64,000 bases of DNA from Octopus sinensis. Taxonomy: Eukaryota. Where the stretch lies: NCBI RefSeq assembly GCF_006345805.1, contig NC_043009.1, forward strand, positions 57,226,001-57,290,000. Direction: 5' to 3'. The translations under genes and the position numbers were made by a program. Numbering within the stretch: position 1 is the first letter of the stretch; each line of letters opens with the position of its first letter. The notes beneath the pieces were generated by a model. That model searched no databases. It was not told where the DNA came from and saw nothing but the letters and a program-made list of their open reading frames with translations. Positions 1-12,200 of this stretch are shown piece by piece.

Positions 1-474
1 GTCTACCAAATCCACTCACAAGGCTTTGGTCGGCCCGAAGCTATAGTAGAAGACACTTGCCCCAACTTTTTTTTGGGGGGGGGGGTGTTAAATTTTCAAA
101 ACATTTTTGCGAGTTTGTATTTTACACGGAATTTATACGATTATGTAAAAAAAAAAATGTTTAAGTGTTTGATTTAAGGGTGATTTAGCTGTTGTTTTTA
201 GAACATCCCATGACCACCTGGTATGACCGGTTACGCGGTGTGCTTCAATCCAGGATCCACAACAGGTCGAGTGTATGCACGAATATTTTAAACTTTTTGA
301 ATTTGGATTCCGAAGGATTTCAAAAATTATTCTAAAATTATAAACAGAAACAAGCGACAGATTCGGACTGTCCGTATTTTAAACTCTAATTTAAATACTT
401 CGGAAAAGAGTGAAAATTTTAGAATTTATGAGGGAGAGGAATTAAAAATCAAAACTAAGAATTCATTATTATTA

Positions 475-509
<35 letters not shown>

Positions 510-2216
510 GGGTTGCTTAAACCAGAATTTTACCTTTTGCTGTGCTGCTGTTTTGTAAACAACCTCTGACTGGCTCCCGTGCTGGTGGCACATAAAAAGC
601 ACCATGTGAACGTGGCCGATGCAAGCGCTGCCTGAATGGCTCCTGTGCCGGTGGCACGTAAAAAGCACCCACAACACTCTCAGAGTGGTTGGCGTTAGGA
701 AGGGCATCCAGCTGTAGAAACACTGCCAGATCAGACTGGAGCCTGGTGCAGCCCCTGGCTCTTCAGACCTCAGTCAAACCGTCCAACCCATGCCGGCATC
801 GAAAACGGACGTATATGTGACGGGGCTTCTTTCAGTTTCCATCTATCAAATCCACTCACAAGGCTCTGGTCGGTTCAAGGCTATAGTAGAAGACCCTTGT
901 CCAAGGTGCCATGCAGTGGGACTGAACCCAGAACCATGTGGTTGGGAAGCAAACTTCTTACCACACAGCCACGCCTATCTTTACGTTCTGAGTTCAAATT
1001 TCGCCGTAGTCGACTTTGCTTTTCATCCTTTTGGGGTCAATAAAATGAGTAACAGTTGAGTACTGGGGGTTGATGTAATCGACTATCACCCCCCACCACC
1101 ACCACCACAAATTTCAGGCCTTGTGCCTATAATAGAAAGGATATTAAATGTTAAACTATTTTCTTAATCAATTAAAATTTGCCAAGTGATAAATGTTCAT
1201 ACACATACACACATATATACACGCACACATGCGAACACACTCACTCTCTCTCACACACACACACACACTGGGGCATATATACGTGGAATTTTGTCAGTGA
1301 AGAGGTCGCGGTCTCAAAGCGACGAAAATATTTTGGCAAATTAAATTTAAATGTTGAAATGAATCTAATGGTTTTTGTGTGTTTCTTAAATGGCTTACAA
1401 ACACCTTCCACGCTGCAATTGTTTTCGTTCCAGCACACGATCTCAGATCAGGTCACTTGCTATGCAAGTACATCTCCGTAAATATTTTCTTAATTCTGTA
1501 TGAAAATGTTTTTTTTTTTTTTTTTTTTTACCAAAATGACCAGCAACTGTTTTCATGTCTGTCCAGTTGAATGAATGTCATCTGCTCGTTTCATTTTAAA
1601 CACTGTTCTTATTCTTTTATACTTTTCCTTTTATTAAACTATTTCCCTTGTGTATTGCAATAAATAAGTGAATACGAGTAAGAAGATAAACAAAAACAAA
1701 AAAAAGCAAGTGTTACAATAAACATTCTCTTCCCTCTGCTCAGTACAATAAGCATTCTATTCACTACAATCGTCCTGTTGTTTGACGCTATCATAAAGTG
1801 TATTGAATATATGCCTTAGTGTGTATGTGTGTGAGTGAGTGTGTTTGCACGCATGCGTGTACGTATGTGTGTACGTGTATGAACATTTATCCCTACAATA
1901 AATACAGTATTTCAGTTTGTTTGATTTAAAAAAACTCAAAACTTTGTGGCTGTGTGCTAAGTAGCTTGCTTACCAACCACATGGATCCGAGTTCAGTCCC
2001 ACTGTGTGGCACCTTGGGCAAAGCCTTTTTGTGGATTCACTTGACAGAAACTGAAAGAAGCCCATTGCGTGGTGTGTGTGTAAAACAGGTAGAACATATG
2101 GGCTAAATGGGGCCAATTTAAATGCTAAAGGGTTAATTGACAAAATACAAAACCATCTGTAAATATAACAGTATGTACAGACATTGATATTTGTTTATTC
2201 CTGTTACACTCTGCAG

Positions 2217-4974
2217 GTCCTAATCATGCCTGACAGCCATGATAAATGCCAAGAACTGTTGAAGAAGATCCAAGATGAGTGTAAAAGCAAAGGTCTTCCT
2301 GATTTTATGAAAAGGGAGTTCACCATGTTGCCAGCAACTACTGAGCAAAACAGTTCAAATATTCCCAAGATACGACTGCTGCAATGGAATGTTCTAGCAC
2401 AAGGTAAATAAAAATTCTCTATTAGCTTCTGTCTTATTTTGTTCTTTATTGAAATTACTCTTGCGCTCCATACTTTTTTTTAACTTAAATTAACCCTGTA
2501 TTATCTTGTAGTTTTGAGATTTCAAAGTTGTGATTGTATATTTTTAGAATGACATTGCAGTTAGAATGACAAGAGTTAAGTATACTTAAAATTAGATGGC
2601 CCGAACACATAAGCAATATGGAGCTATGGCAAAGAACAAATCAAGTTTCGATTAGGGAGAAAATATTTAAGAAAAAGTGGAAGTGGATTGGTAGCACAAT
2701 TAGAAAAGAAACACCAAATGTAGCGAAAAGTGCTTTACAGTGGAATCCTGATGGATATAGAAAGAAAGGTAGGCCTAAGAACTCGTGGCAAAGATCAACA
2801 CAAAAAAAAATTCAGAAGCTGGCTACCTGCATGGTTCTTGGTCTCAAGCATTTGCCTTATGAAGAAAGGCTGAAGACGCTCGACCTTTATTCTCTAGAAA
2901 AACGATGACGCCGTGGTGATCTCATTCTTGCTCACAACATCATAAGCGGAAAGTGTAACCTCTTAAAAGAGCTGTTCTTCACTCCTGCTCCAGAGCGTCG
3001 GCTGTAGGGTCACTCCGAAAAGCTCTATCTGCAATGATTTCATCTCAATCGAAGGAGAGGGGCTTTCTCCATCCGGGTTGCAGATCCGTGGAATAAGCTG
3101 CTGGACGAGATAGTGAAGATGCCGACGACCGCTCGGTTCAAAGTCTCTCTTGACCAGAAATGGCCTGAACTCTTTGCATGAACACCCTCCCTATACATAC
3201 TCCATGTCCCCCTACATAGCCTTGCTTTTTGCTTTTTGAGCCAAAAACTTAACTTAACTTAACTTAACTAAAAGGAACTAGAGAAAGGGGGACATTCATA
3301 GCAGAGTATAAGTACAGAAGCGAAAAATTATGCGACATGGAATTCTACTATAAGTGGCCTATACTTATATAAGTTGGAGGGTTAAAGGCAGGGAAAAAAA
3401 AATTAGCTTCTGTTTCTCTTTTGTGTGTCTGTTTCATTAGGCTGTAAGGACATCACTGCCAGCTTCTTTACAATAGTTTGATAATTTTAGGGTGGATGTT
3501 ATTGTTGTTTAGCCCCAGGTCAAAACCTGACCCAACACCTCTTTGATTGAAAGTGTTCCAGCTATGTTATTATTGCCTTCTCCACCCACCCCCAAGACTA
3601 CTGTATCCTGGTTTTTAGAATAGAAGCATTATATCCCTGTGTATTGTAAGACATAACCAAAAGGGTCTCTCTCTCTCTCTCTCTCTCCTGTACTTTCCTT
3701 CTTGTTGCCACAACAGCTAATCTAAACAATATTCTTTTCTATTCTAGGCGCAAGGCCTGAAATTTGGGGGAAGGAGCTAGATGATTAGATTGACCCTAGT
3801 ATGCAACTGGTACTTAATTTATCGACCCTGAAAGGATGAAAGGCAAAGTTGACCTTGGCAGAATTTGAAACTCAAAACGTAAAGACAGATAAAATGCCGC
3901 TAAGCATTTCACCCAGTGTGCTAACATTTCTGCCAGCTCACCACCTTACTAATATAAACAGTATTGTTAGCCTGGCGTACTAACAGAGAGCTTATAAAGT
4001 ATTTTACCTGGATTAATAATGACTCTGTTTTATGTATATATAGATAGACAGACAGGGATATAGACTCGGACAGATAGCTAAGAAAGATTGAGTTGTTTTT
4101 ACTGTTACATAATTCTGTAATCACGTTATTTTTCTCTCTTTCAGCATTGTCAGTAGGAACAGACAATTTCATCCTGTGTCCTATGAGTGCACTTTCTTGG
4201 GATACAAGAAAACTTCGCATCCTTGAAGGTATTCTAAACAACAATCCAGATGTTATCTGTTTAGAAGAAGTCGATCACTACGACTATTTATCCTCACATT
4301 TGACATCTGTTGGGTATTCTGGTATTTTTCAGCCTAAACCAGATTCTCCTTGTCTGTATTTAAGCAACTCTATGGGACCTGATGGTTGTGCCTTATTTTA
4401 CCGAAAAGATTACTTAAAACTGTTGGATTTCCAGAAAATTGGTCTTAAAAGGAAAGATGGGCAGCTGATGAACCAAGTAGCCATTCACTGCTTGTTGAAG
4501 ATTATTTCTGGTGCTGAAGAAGGCAAAGACAAATTCTCTGTAATTGTCACTCATTTGAAAGCAAAAGAAGGCTTTGAGAAACTACGTTACGAAGAGGGTA
4601 ATTTCATCTTGGAGTATATCCATGAGAACGCCAAATCATGGCCAGTTATTGTCTGTGGAGACTTCAATGCAGATCCCATGGAGGAAGTCTACAAATCTTT
4701 CTCAAAGAATGATCTTCAACTGTTTAGTGCCTACACAAAATTGTCAGACGAAGGCAGTGAACCATCATACACAACGTGGAAAGTGCGTGATTCTCCGACA
4801 GGACCAGTAGAAATTTGTCGGACAATTGACTACATATGGTGCAGTCAGAAGTCTTTAGAAATTCTTTCATTGCTCGATCTCCCCAAAGACGAAGATGTTG
4901 GACAAAACCGTCTGCCTTCACATTCCTACCCATCTGATCATCTTTCTTTAGTTTGTGACTTCCAATTGATCTAA
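2217..4974 (+). CDS. NOCT: Nocturnin (EEP-family NADP(H) 2'-phosphatase, CCR4-like); two coding exons seen, any upstream exon not identified
   Basis: Exons 2217-2403 (ctgcag| ... CAAG|gtaaat) and 4145-4974 (ttcag|CA ... TAA) join in phase 1 to give RLLQWNVLAQ-ALSVGTDNFILCP...PDVICLEEVDHY...VTHLKA...VIVCGDFNADP...TIDYIW...YPSDHLSL, the nocturnin/EEP motifs. In-frame ATG at 2226. Confidence 0.95.
2600..3395 (+). mobile_element. RTE-like LINE 3' fragment interrupted by a CR1-like LINE 3' fragment (about 2810-3270) with an (AACTT)n tail
   Basis: KWKWIGSTIRK...ALQWNPDGYRKKGRPKNSWQRS resumes after 3270 as KELEKGGHS*QSISTEAKNYATW (RTE C-terminus). The insert reads LKHLPYEERLKTLDLYSLEKR*RRGDLI...FSIRVADPWNKL (CR1 C-terminus). 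Confidence 0.8.
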
Positions 4975-5814
4975 CATCTTCATTGATTCATCATTGCCTT
5001 CTTCTTCTTCTCTTCCTTAACATTTCTCCTTCTTCATTACCTCTTCTGCCTCATCTTCATCATTAATTTGTTTTTCTATTCCTCATCTTCTTTCCTACTT
5101 TTTTTCCCTTTCTCTTCCTTCTTCATTTCTCTCCTTTATTTTGCCTTCTTCATCTCCTTTTTGAATCTCACCGTCTCCCATTTCTCCAAATGTGATATAC
5201 ATATATTTTACAAGAAACAAATTCTAACAACACAAAATTACACAGAATTAATTTAAACAATTGAAATCACTGACACAAAAATAAAATTAAAGTAACATAA
5301 AAAAAAAATATGAAAAAATACTCACCTAAACTCTCCTGTACAGTTTAACACAAACAATTTTATCAAGTAAATATATACTGTACATTTCTAATCATATTAT
5401 TCAGAAATTTATAAATTTTAACTTTTGACTCCTATTTTGCTTGTCTATTTTTATTATTTATCTTAAAATTTACCCATCATTCTATTGCAGAGTTTATCTT
5501 TTTTTGACAAGAATTTTGTGTGTTTGTAGTTGCTTGTTTGTTGTTGTTTAAACCCATATCAGTTCTGATTCAGCAAACTGCTTATGTTGACACTTGTGGG
5601 GTATGATGCCTTGTAAAATTAGATTTGATTTGGTGGAGCCATTTGATATATATATAGATTAATCAAATAGAAGCACATGTATGAACTGCTAATTTAACAG
5701 TAACTGCCACAATAATAGTTATAGATAAAATTTCTTGATATATATATATTGGTGAAAATGGTAAGATAACAAAAGAAAGAAAGAGACCTCAATATTATGT
5801 AAATAGAGGAATTT

Positions 5815-6010
5815 ATCTGTAAAATAATATGTGACAATTATTCAGTAGCCAAGATAAAACTCTGAGTTTTGGATGCCGAGGTGGAAATCCACACCACCAT
5901 CTCTTCGGTGAGATAACCCAAGAGATGGTGGTGAGGATTTCCACCTCGGCATCCGAAACTCAGAGTTTTATCTTGGCTACTGAATAATTGTCACATATCA
6001 TTTTACAGAT
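5815..6010. repeat. Near-perfect inverted repeat, 91-bp arms with a 14-bp spacer
   Basis: 5815-5905 is the reverse complement of 5920-6010 with few mismatches. A single arm of the same family occurs at about 56050-56225. Confidence 0.9.
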
Positions 6011-6069
6011 ATATATATATAGATATATATTTTAAGCACGTGTATTAAATGTTCATTTAAGGGTTAATA

Positions 6070-6380
6070 TGTAACTGTAAATACCTTGCAACTGCTGCGA
6101 TAATTATTAACTGGTAATTGAACGGTAAATGTATATTTTTATATACCTTGGTCTCTGTGTTATCACATTATGTCTTATCACATAAAATGAAAGAATATTC
6201 ACTTTTGACATGTAACACTGAACCAGTCTAAAAGATTGCTCCAGGCCTGCATTAGGCTCCATGTACCCTAAGTAATGCACATGTAAAATTTGAATGAAAT
6301 TGGTTGGGTAGTTCTCAAGTTTTAGGGATTCACACATACAGACAGACACACATACACAATCTCAGTTTTATATATATATG
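6070..6380 (-). mobile_element. Helentron/DINE-1-like non-autonomous element fragment
   Basis: Minus strand begins ATATATATAAAACTGAG followed by a (TGTC)n-like microsatellite and CCAATTTCATTCAAATTTT, the typical DINE-like layout. Confidence 0.45.
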
Positions 6381-6768
6381 ATGGTATCATGATATCAACA
6401 CCAGATGTTGTGTCAGCTGCTGTGATTGTAACTAGCTTAATGATAACAGAGTTCAGAATTAGATTAGCTTTAAATAGTATGATTTACTGTTAAAACAGCA
6501 TCGTAACATCTTTGATGAATACTTGCAAGTCATCTTACTTACTTTAAAGACTACATTTACTTAGTTTAGATGGCTTTTGATTAGAAAAAGCAAAAAATAA
6601 ACCACAGAGGTCAGCCAGGCTATGAGTCGGTAATGAGGTATAAATAATGCTGAAGAACTATTAACGTAATTGGCTTTCTCTCTCTCTCTCACTCTCTCCA
6701 TATCATAAAAGGAGATAACTCTAATTTTATTAGGTTTGTCTTCTTTGGTTACAATATATTAACTAGAG

Positions 6769-6997
6769 CAGTGGTTTTTCAGCCATATTTTGCCCATGGA
6801 CCCTCTCTGATTCAAATTTTACTCTGCTGGGCTCCCATAGTTAAAAAAAAGTCTCATTATATTTTTGTCATTAAATATTATTAGGAATTATATTTAAAAA
6901 TTGTTGAAACATTTTGTGTACTGCAAAAGCATAAACAATTTATTGTAGGTAAATTTTAACAGCAAAATCTTATGTGAACCCTAGTTGAGAACCACTG
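6769..6997. mobile_element. hAT-type MITE
   Basis: Termini CAGTGGTTTTTC / GAGAACCACTG; flanks AACTAGAG / AATTAGTG resemble a decayed 8-bp TSD. Confidence 0.65.
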
Positions 6998-7855
6998 AAT
7001 TAGTGTTACCTGTCACATGACAGTTACGGTTGAGGACCTACTTTTAGCACTGTAGGTGGTATCAGGTATTGGTATATATATATATATATATACATATATA
7101 TATACACATACATACTGTGTTGTGTTGTGACCCCTTTGGTCATGAATGACCATGGGATTGCACCTAGTAAGTTACCCTCCGAGGCACAAGTCTGGGCAAG
7201 GTTGTTTTTTTAAAGAAGACCAGCAGTCGCCTAAGCATACCAGTCTCCCCTCTCAACGACACCGATGTTATCCAAGGGAAAGGCATAGGCCAATACAGCT
7301 TGGCACCAGTGACATCGCAGCTCATTTATTAACGTGCAAGTGGCTGAACACTCTACAGACACATGTTACCCTTAACGTAGTTCTCGGGGAGATTCAGTGT
7401 GACAAGGCTGGCCCTTTGAAATACAGGTACAACAGAAACAGGAAGAGTGAGAGAAAGTTGTGGTGAAAGAGTACAGCAGGGTTCACCACCAGCCCATGCC
7501 GGAGCCTCGTAGAGCTTTAGGTGTTTTCACTCAATAAACAATCACAATGCTCGGTCTGAGAATTGAAACTGCAATCAGGATTTATTATTCTTTGTAAACC
7601 TAGTATTTATTCTATCAGTCTCGTTTGCCAAACTGCTAAGTTACGGTTATGTAAACAAACCAACATTGGTTGTCAAGTAATGGTGGGGGAGACAAACACA
7701 GGCACAAGGACACACACATTCATACAACAGGCTTCTTTCAGTTTCCATCTACCAAATCAACTCACAAAGCTTAGGTCAGCCTGAGGCTATAGCAGAAGAC
7801 ACTTGCCCAAGGTACCACATGGTGGGACTGAACCCAGAAGAGATATATATATCTG

Positions 7856-8160
7856 GAGCGCAAAGGCCCAGTGGTTAGGGCAGCGGACTTGCGGTCATAG
7901 GATCGCGGTTTCGATTCTCAGACCAGGTGTTGTGGGTGTTTATTGAGCGAAAACACCTAAAGCTCCATGAGGCTCCAGCAAGGGGTGGTGGCAATCCCTG
8001 CTGTACTCTTTCACCACAACTTTCTCTCACTCTTTCTTCTGTTGGCCTGCTCGCTTAGCCAGCGGGGTGGCGTCATTTGAAGACTAAAACAATGTAAAGC
8101 GCATTGTGACCAGCGATGTGTGGCAACATCTGATAACCTGGTCGGTCACATGATCACGGC
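7856..8160 (+). mobile_element. tRNA-derived SINE (family also at about 34253-34535, 42550-42810 and 51150-51440)
   Basis: A-box TGGCCCAGTGG-like and B-box GGTTTCGATTC head, followed by a shared body in several copies. Confidence 0.8.
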
Positions 8161-9243
8161 GATATATATATATATATACAAAAAAGTAACAAATTTTCAA
8201 GGTTTTTTTTTTTCAAATTTTATATGTAAAATATATTTAAACAAAAAAACAAGAACAATAACAATTATACTTTTTCTTCTTCCATCCTTCTTCTCCAATT
8301 TCTTTCAGCAAGTAAAATAAAAGTTTGTTCTGTATATATAAATCTTTCAAGTTAATAGGATCATTGATATCAGCAGAAGTTAAAGTACCACAGACAACAA
8401 CACACCAAAATACAGTCACCTCAGTTGCAGTTCATTTCGGATATATATACCAAAATAATATATTTATATCCTTGAGGTTTAAAAGGGAGGTAGTGGTGGT
8501 GGGCCCTCATTTTTGGCAAGAAATTGGTGTGTGTATGTGTGAGGAGGGGTTGTGTCATAAGGAATTTCATACAAGAAAAGTTACCCTTTTTTTTTCTTTG
8601 CTTTTCACTGGAAGAATAATTTAAATAAATTTTCGTTTCTTTGGTAAAAGTAGAGAGTTGTGAGAGTGTGTGTGTGGTTTCACACAGACTCTTGGGAGAC
8701 CAACAAAGATCTGAAGAAAGCCCAAATTTGAGTGAAGGGTAAATATTAAGTGTGAGCACATTTGTGTGTGTGTATGTTTGAGCTGCCTTAAGGTTACACA
8801 TTCAAGATATCAGTAAAGATATGTGATGAAAGCTTGTTACTCGAGTGAGAGTGAAGTTTAACTGTCTCTCTAAGCTGTGCGATGCTCACACTTCTTGGGA
8901 CATCAACGAGCAAAGAGACACAAGGAAACCTTGACACTTGAGTGAGAGTGAAACCTATCTGTGTTGTTAGCTGTATGATACACACTCTCACTGGGAATGA
9001 AAGACCTGAGAAAAGTCACATGCTTAAATAAGAGTGAAGCTTAACTATCTGCTTGCACTTACACTCAAAAGATAACAGAGATAACAATTAATATGAGGTA
9101 AGCATGACATTTGAGTGGGAGTAAACGTCTGCATATATATATATGTTTAATAGTCACACTCTTGGGAAGTTGGTGAGTAAAAGGAAACACTTGAGTGTGA
9201 GGAGTGGTTTGTGTCCAGAGGTTTAACAATGATGGTGACAGTC

Positions 9244-12200
9244 TCATGATATATGCGAAGCAGGAGTTGTGGGCGATGGTGACATCTGGGGAAAGGACGA
9301 AGTTACACTGGGGTTCTGCTGGATAAGTTCTCTGTGGCAGGAATAGCTGTGAGGGCTGATTTGAATTGGAATATGGTGTATCAGTGTTGGGTCCATCACT
9401 TGGAACACAAGCTGTTAAGTAAAGAAAAATAATTGATTTATTAATTAATAAACAATTAATTATAGCAAAACATTTTCTTTAGCCTGATATAAAATCAACC
9501 AACAAGAACTATAGTTAAAGAAGGGTCTCAAGACAAATATAAATGTTGAGGGCTTATTATCAAACCCTAGGTCTGCCTGGATTGAGCTGAACTATAGTTA
9601 GAGTCTACGTTACTCCTTAGGGGCTCATAGGGCCAGTTTTCTGGTTTCCCAGGTGTAGGTATTCCTTCCTGGAAGGGGATGCCAGTCTGTCATAGGATTA
9701 CTCATTCTTACCAGCTGAGTGGACTGGTGTGATGTGAAATGAAGAGTTTTGCTCAAGAACACAATGGATCACCCAGTCTAGGAATTGAAACAACAATCTT
9801 ACAATCGTGAATCCCAAACCCTAACCACTGGGCCATGTGCCTCCATGACCTGAACTATGATAAACAGCAATTCAGCCATGTACATCCAATCTTTTATTCA
9901 GGTATAGTGTATGCCTATGACTACAACAACCAGTATGTCCTTCTCTGTTTAAGATAGTAGTGTGTGCCTTGAAAGAGATTTGGCTGTTATTTCTAGCACA
10001 AGTTTCTTGCATTAGCTGGTAATATTGGGTGGTAGGTCTGACACATTACTCAATTTAGCACCTCCACTTAGACTTGCATGACTGTAGCGGGAAGGATTGA
10101 AGGTAAAATTAGAATTTTAACTTAAATGTTAGATCAGTGGTTCTCAACCAAGGGTCCATATGGCCCTTGTGGATCCATATAAGATTTTGTTGTTAAGGTT
10201 TATGTGCAATAAATTAATTAAACTTCTACAATACAGAAAACAATTTTTATACAATTCCTAACAAAAATATTATCAGGAATTATAATTCTAAAAATATAAT
10301 TATAAATATATAATATAGTTCTAAAAATATATTATTGTGTCTGGGGAGAGTCATTCTCTTTTAGTGCTTTATTCTATAACACACTCATTGGTTTGATTTC
10401 CACTCATTTACTTAATTATTTATTTATTTATTCTTAAAATTTCTGTTGCATCTTGCATCTTCTCAATAGTTGTTGACTCTGTCCGTTATCCGAGCTGTGT
10501 TCTTTTTGTTTGTTTGTGCGCATATGTGTGGGTGTGTGTGTGAGTCAGTGACTACTGAAAAGGTTGCAAGACGCAATGAAAATTTTAGAAAAAATAAATA
10601 AGTAGAGTGGAAATTGAACTGGTGAGTGTATTAAATAACAAGGCACTAAAAAAGAATGACTCTCCCCCAGACACAATAAAATATGCTTCAACACACAAAT
10701 TCACATAAAGAATCTTGCAAACCAAATCCCAAAACGATCTAAAAATATAATTATAAAAGATGATGGTAATATTACTACAATTCTAAAAATATAATTATAA
10801 ATCATCATCATCATCATCATCATTTAGTGTCCGTTTTCCATGCTAGCATGGGTTGGACGGTTCAACTGGGGTCTGTGAAGCCGGAAGGCTGCATCAGGCC
10901 CAGTCAGATCTGGCAGTATTTCTATGGCTGGATGCCCTTCCTAACGCCAACCACTCCGTGAGTGTAGTGGGTGCTTTTTACGTGCCACCCGCACAGGTGC
11001 CAGACGGAGCTGGCAAACGGCCACGAACGGATGGTGCTTAATATATAATATAATTCTAAAAAAATGGTGCTTGGTGACAGGAAGAGCATTCGACTGCAGA
11101 AAATCTGCATCAACAAATTCTGTCCAAGAAGTGGACGATAAAGCAGTGATGATGATGGTGATGATTTCTGACACTACACCATTGTATTGTAATGTTTAAT
11201 ATACTCTGTTTCACTACTTATGGTTCATCATATGCATGCACACATGGACATCTATGCCCAAAGAATGGAGACCCTAAGGCAGCGAGCTGGCAGAAACGTT
11301 AGCACGCCGGGTGAAATGATTAGCGGTATTTCGTCTGCGTTACGTTGTGAGTTCGAATTCCGCCGAGGTCGACTTTGCCTTTCATCCTTTCGGGGTCGAT
11401 AAATTAAGTACCAGTTATGCACTGGGGGTCGATGTAATCGACTTAATACCTATGTCTGTCCTTGTTTGTCCCCTCTGTGTTTAGCCCCTTGTGGGTAATA
11501 AAGAAATAAGTATTTCATCTGTCTTTATGTTCTGAGTTCAAATTCTGCCAAGGTCGACTTTGCCTTTCATCCTTTTGGGGTCGATAAATTAAGTACCAGT
11601 TACGCACTAGGGTCGATGTAATCGACTTAATCCCTTTGTCCTTGTTTATCCCCTCTATGTTTAGCCCCTTTTGGGCAATAAAGAAATAAGACTGGAGACC
11701 CTTACCTCAATGTAGGGATAAAAAGCTGACTGGTCTGTGATTTTGAAATAAGACTCTGTATCAAACAGTAGCTTATACACTGTTGTCTTAACGATTTTTT
11801 GTCCAGCAAGGAATGCAACATGACCATCAATGCTACTGGCACTGTAATTAAAGAAATACAAACATGTCAAAAAACAATCAGAACCATCACTACCGCACTG
11901 ATCCTTTCTTCTAAAACATGATAAGCCATGTGGTTCCTCAACAAGAAATCTGTTCTGCTTTGGCCCTCTTCTTTTATACTTCAATCCAGCACTGGATTAA
12001 CCTTTAACCCTTTAGTATTTGCATTATTCTATCAAAAGTAATGCTTATTTATTCACATTCTTTTAAATTAATCCTGCATTATCTTGTAGCTTTGAGATTT
12101 TGATGAAGTAACTGTTAATTTTTAGAATTACATAGTAGGGCTGGTGTGAGAGGCCAGATCTGGCCAATTTGAACATAAAACAGGGGAGAATATTTTGGCT

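Noticed and set aside
504-723. Recurrent ORFs such as [14 protein letters not shown]... / MDGSTGV... (also at 10853, 30141, 37182, 48784 and 49471)
   Set aside because: Antisense translations of a high-copy retroposon 3' end, not a gene family.
3921-4933. ORFs overlapping nocturnin on the opposite strand or in another frame (3921-4244, 4574-4810, 4724-4933)
   Set aside because: Shadows of the real exon with no recognisable motifs.
7856-7930. tRNA-like sequences (also near 34253 and 51155)
   Set aside because: Have A/B boxes but run into a shared SINE body and lack a proper cloverleaf 3' end; these are SINE heads.
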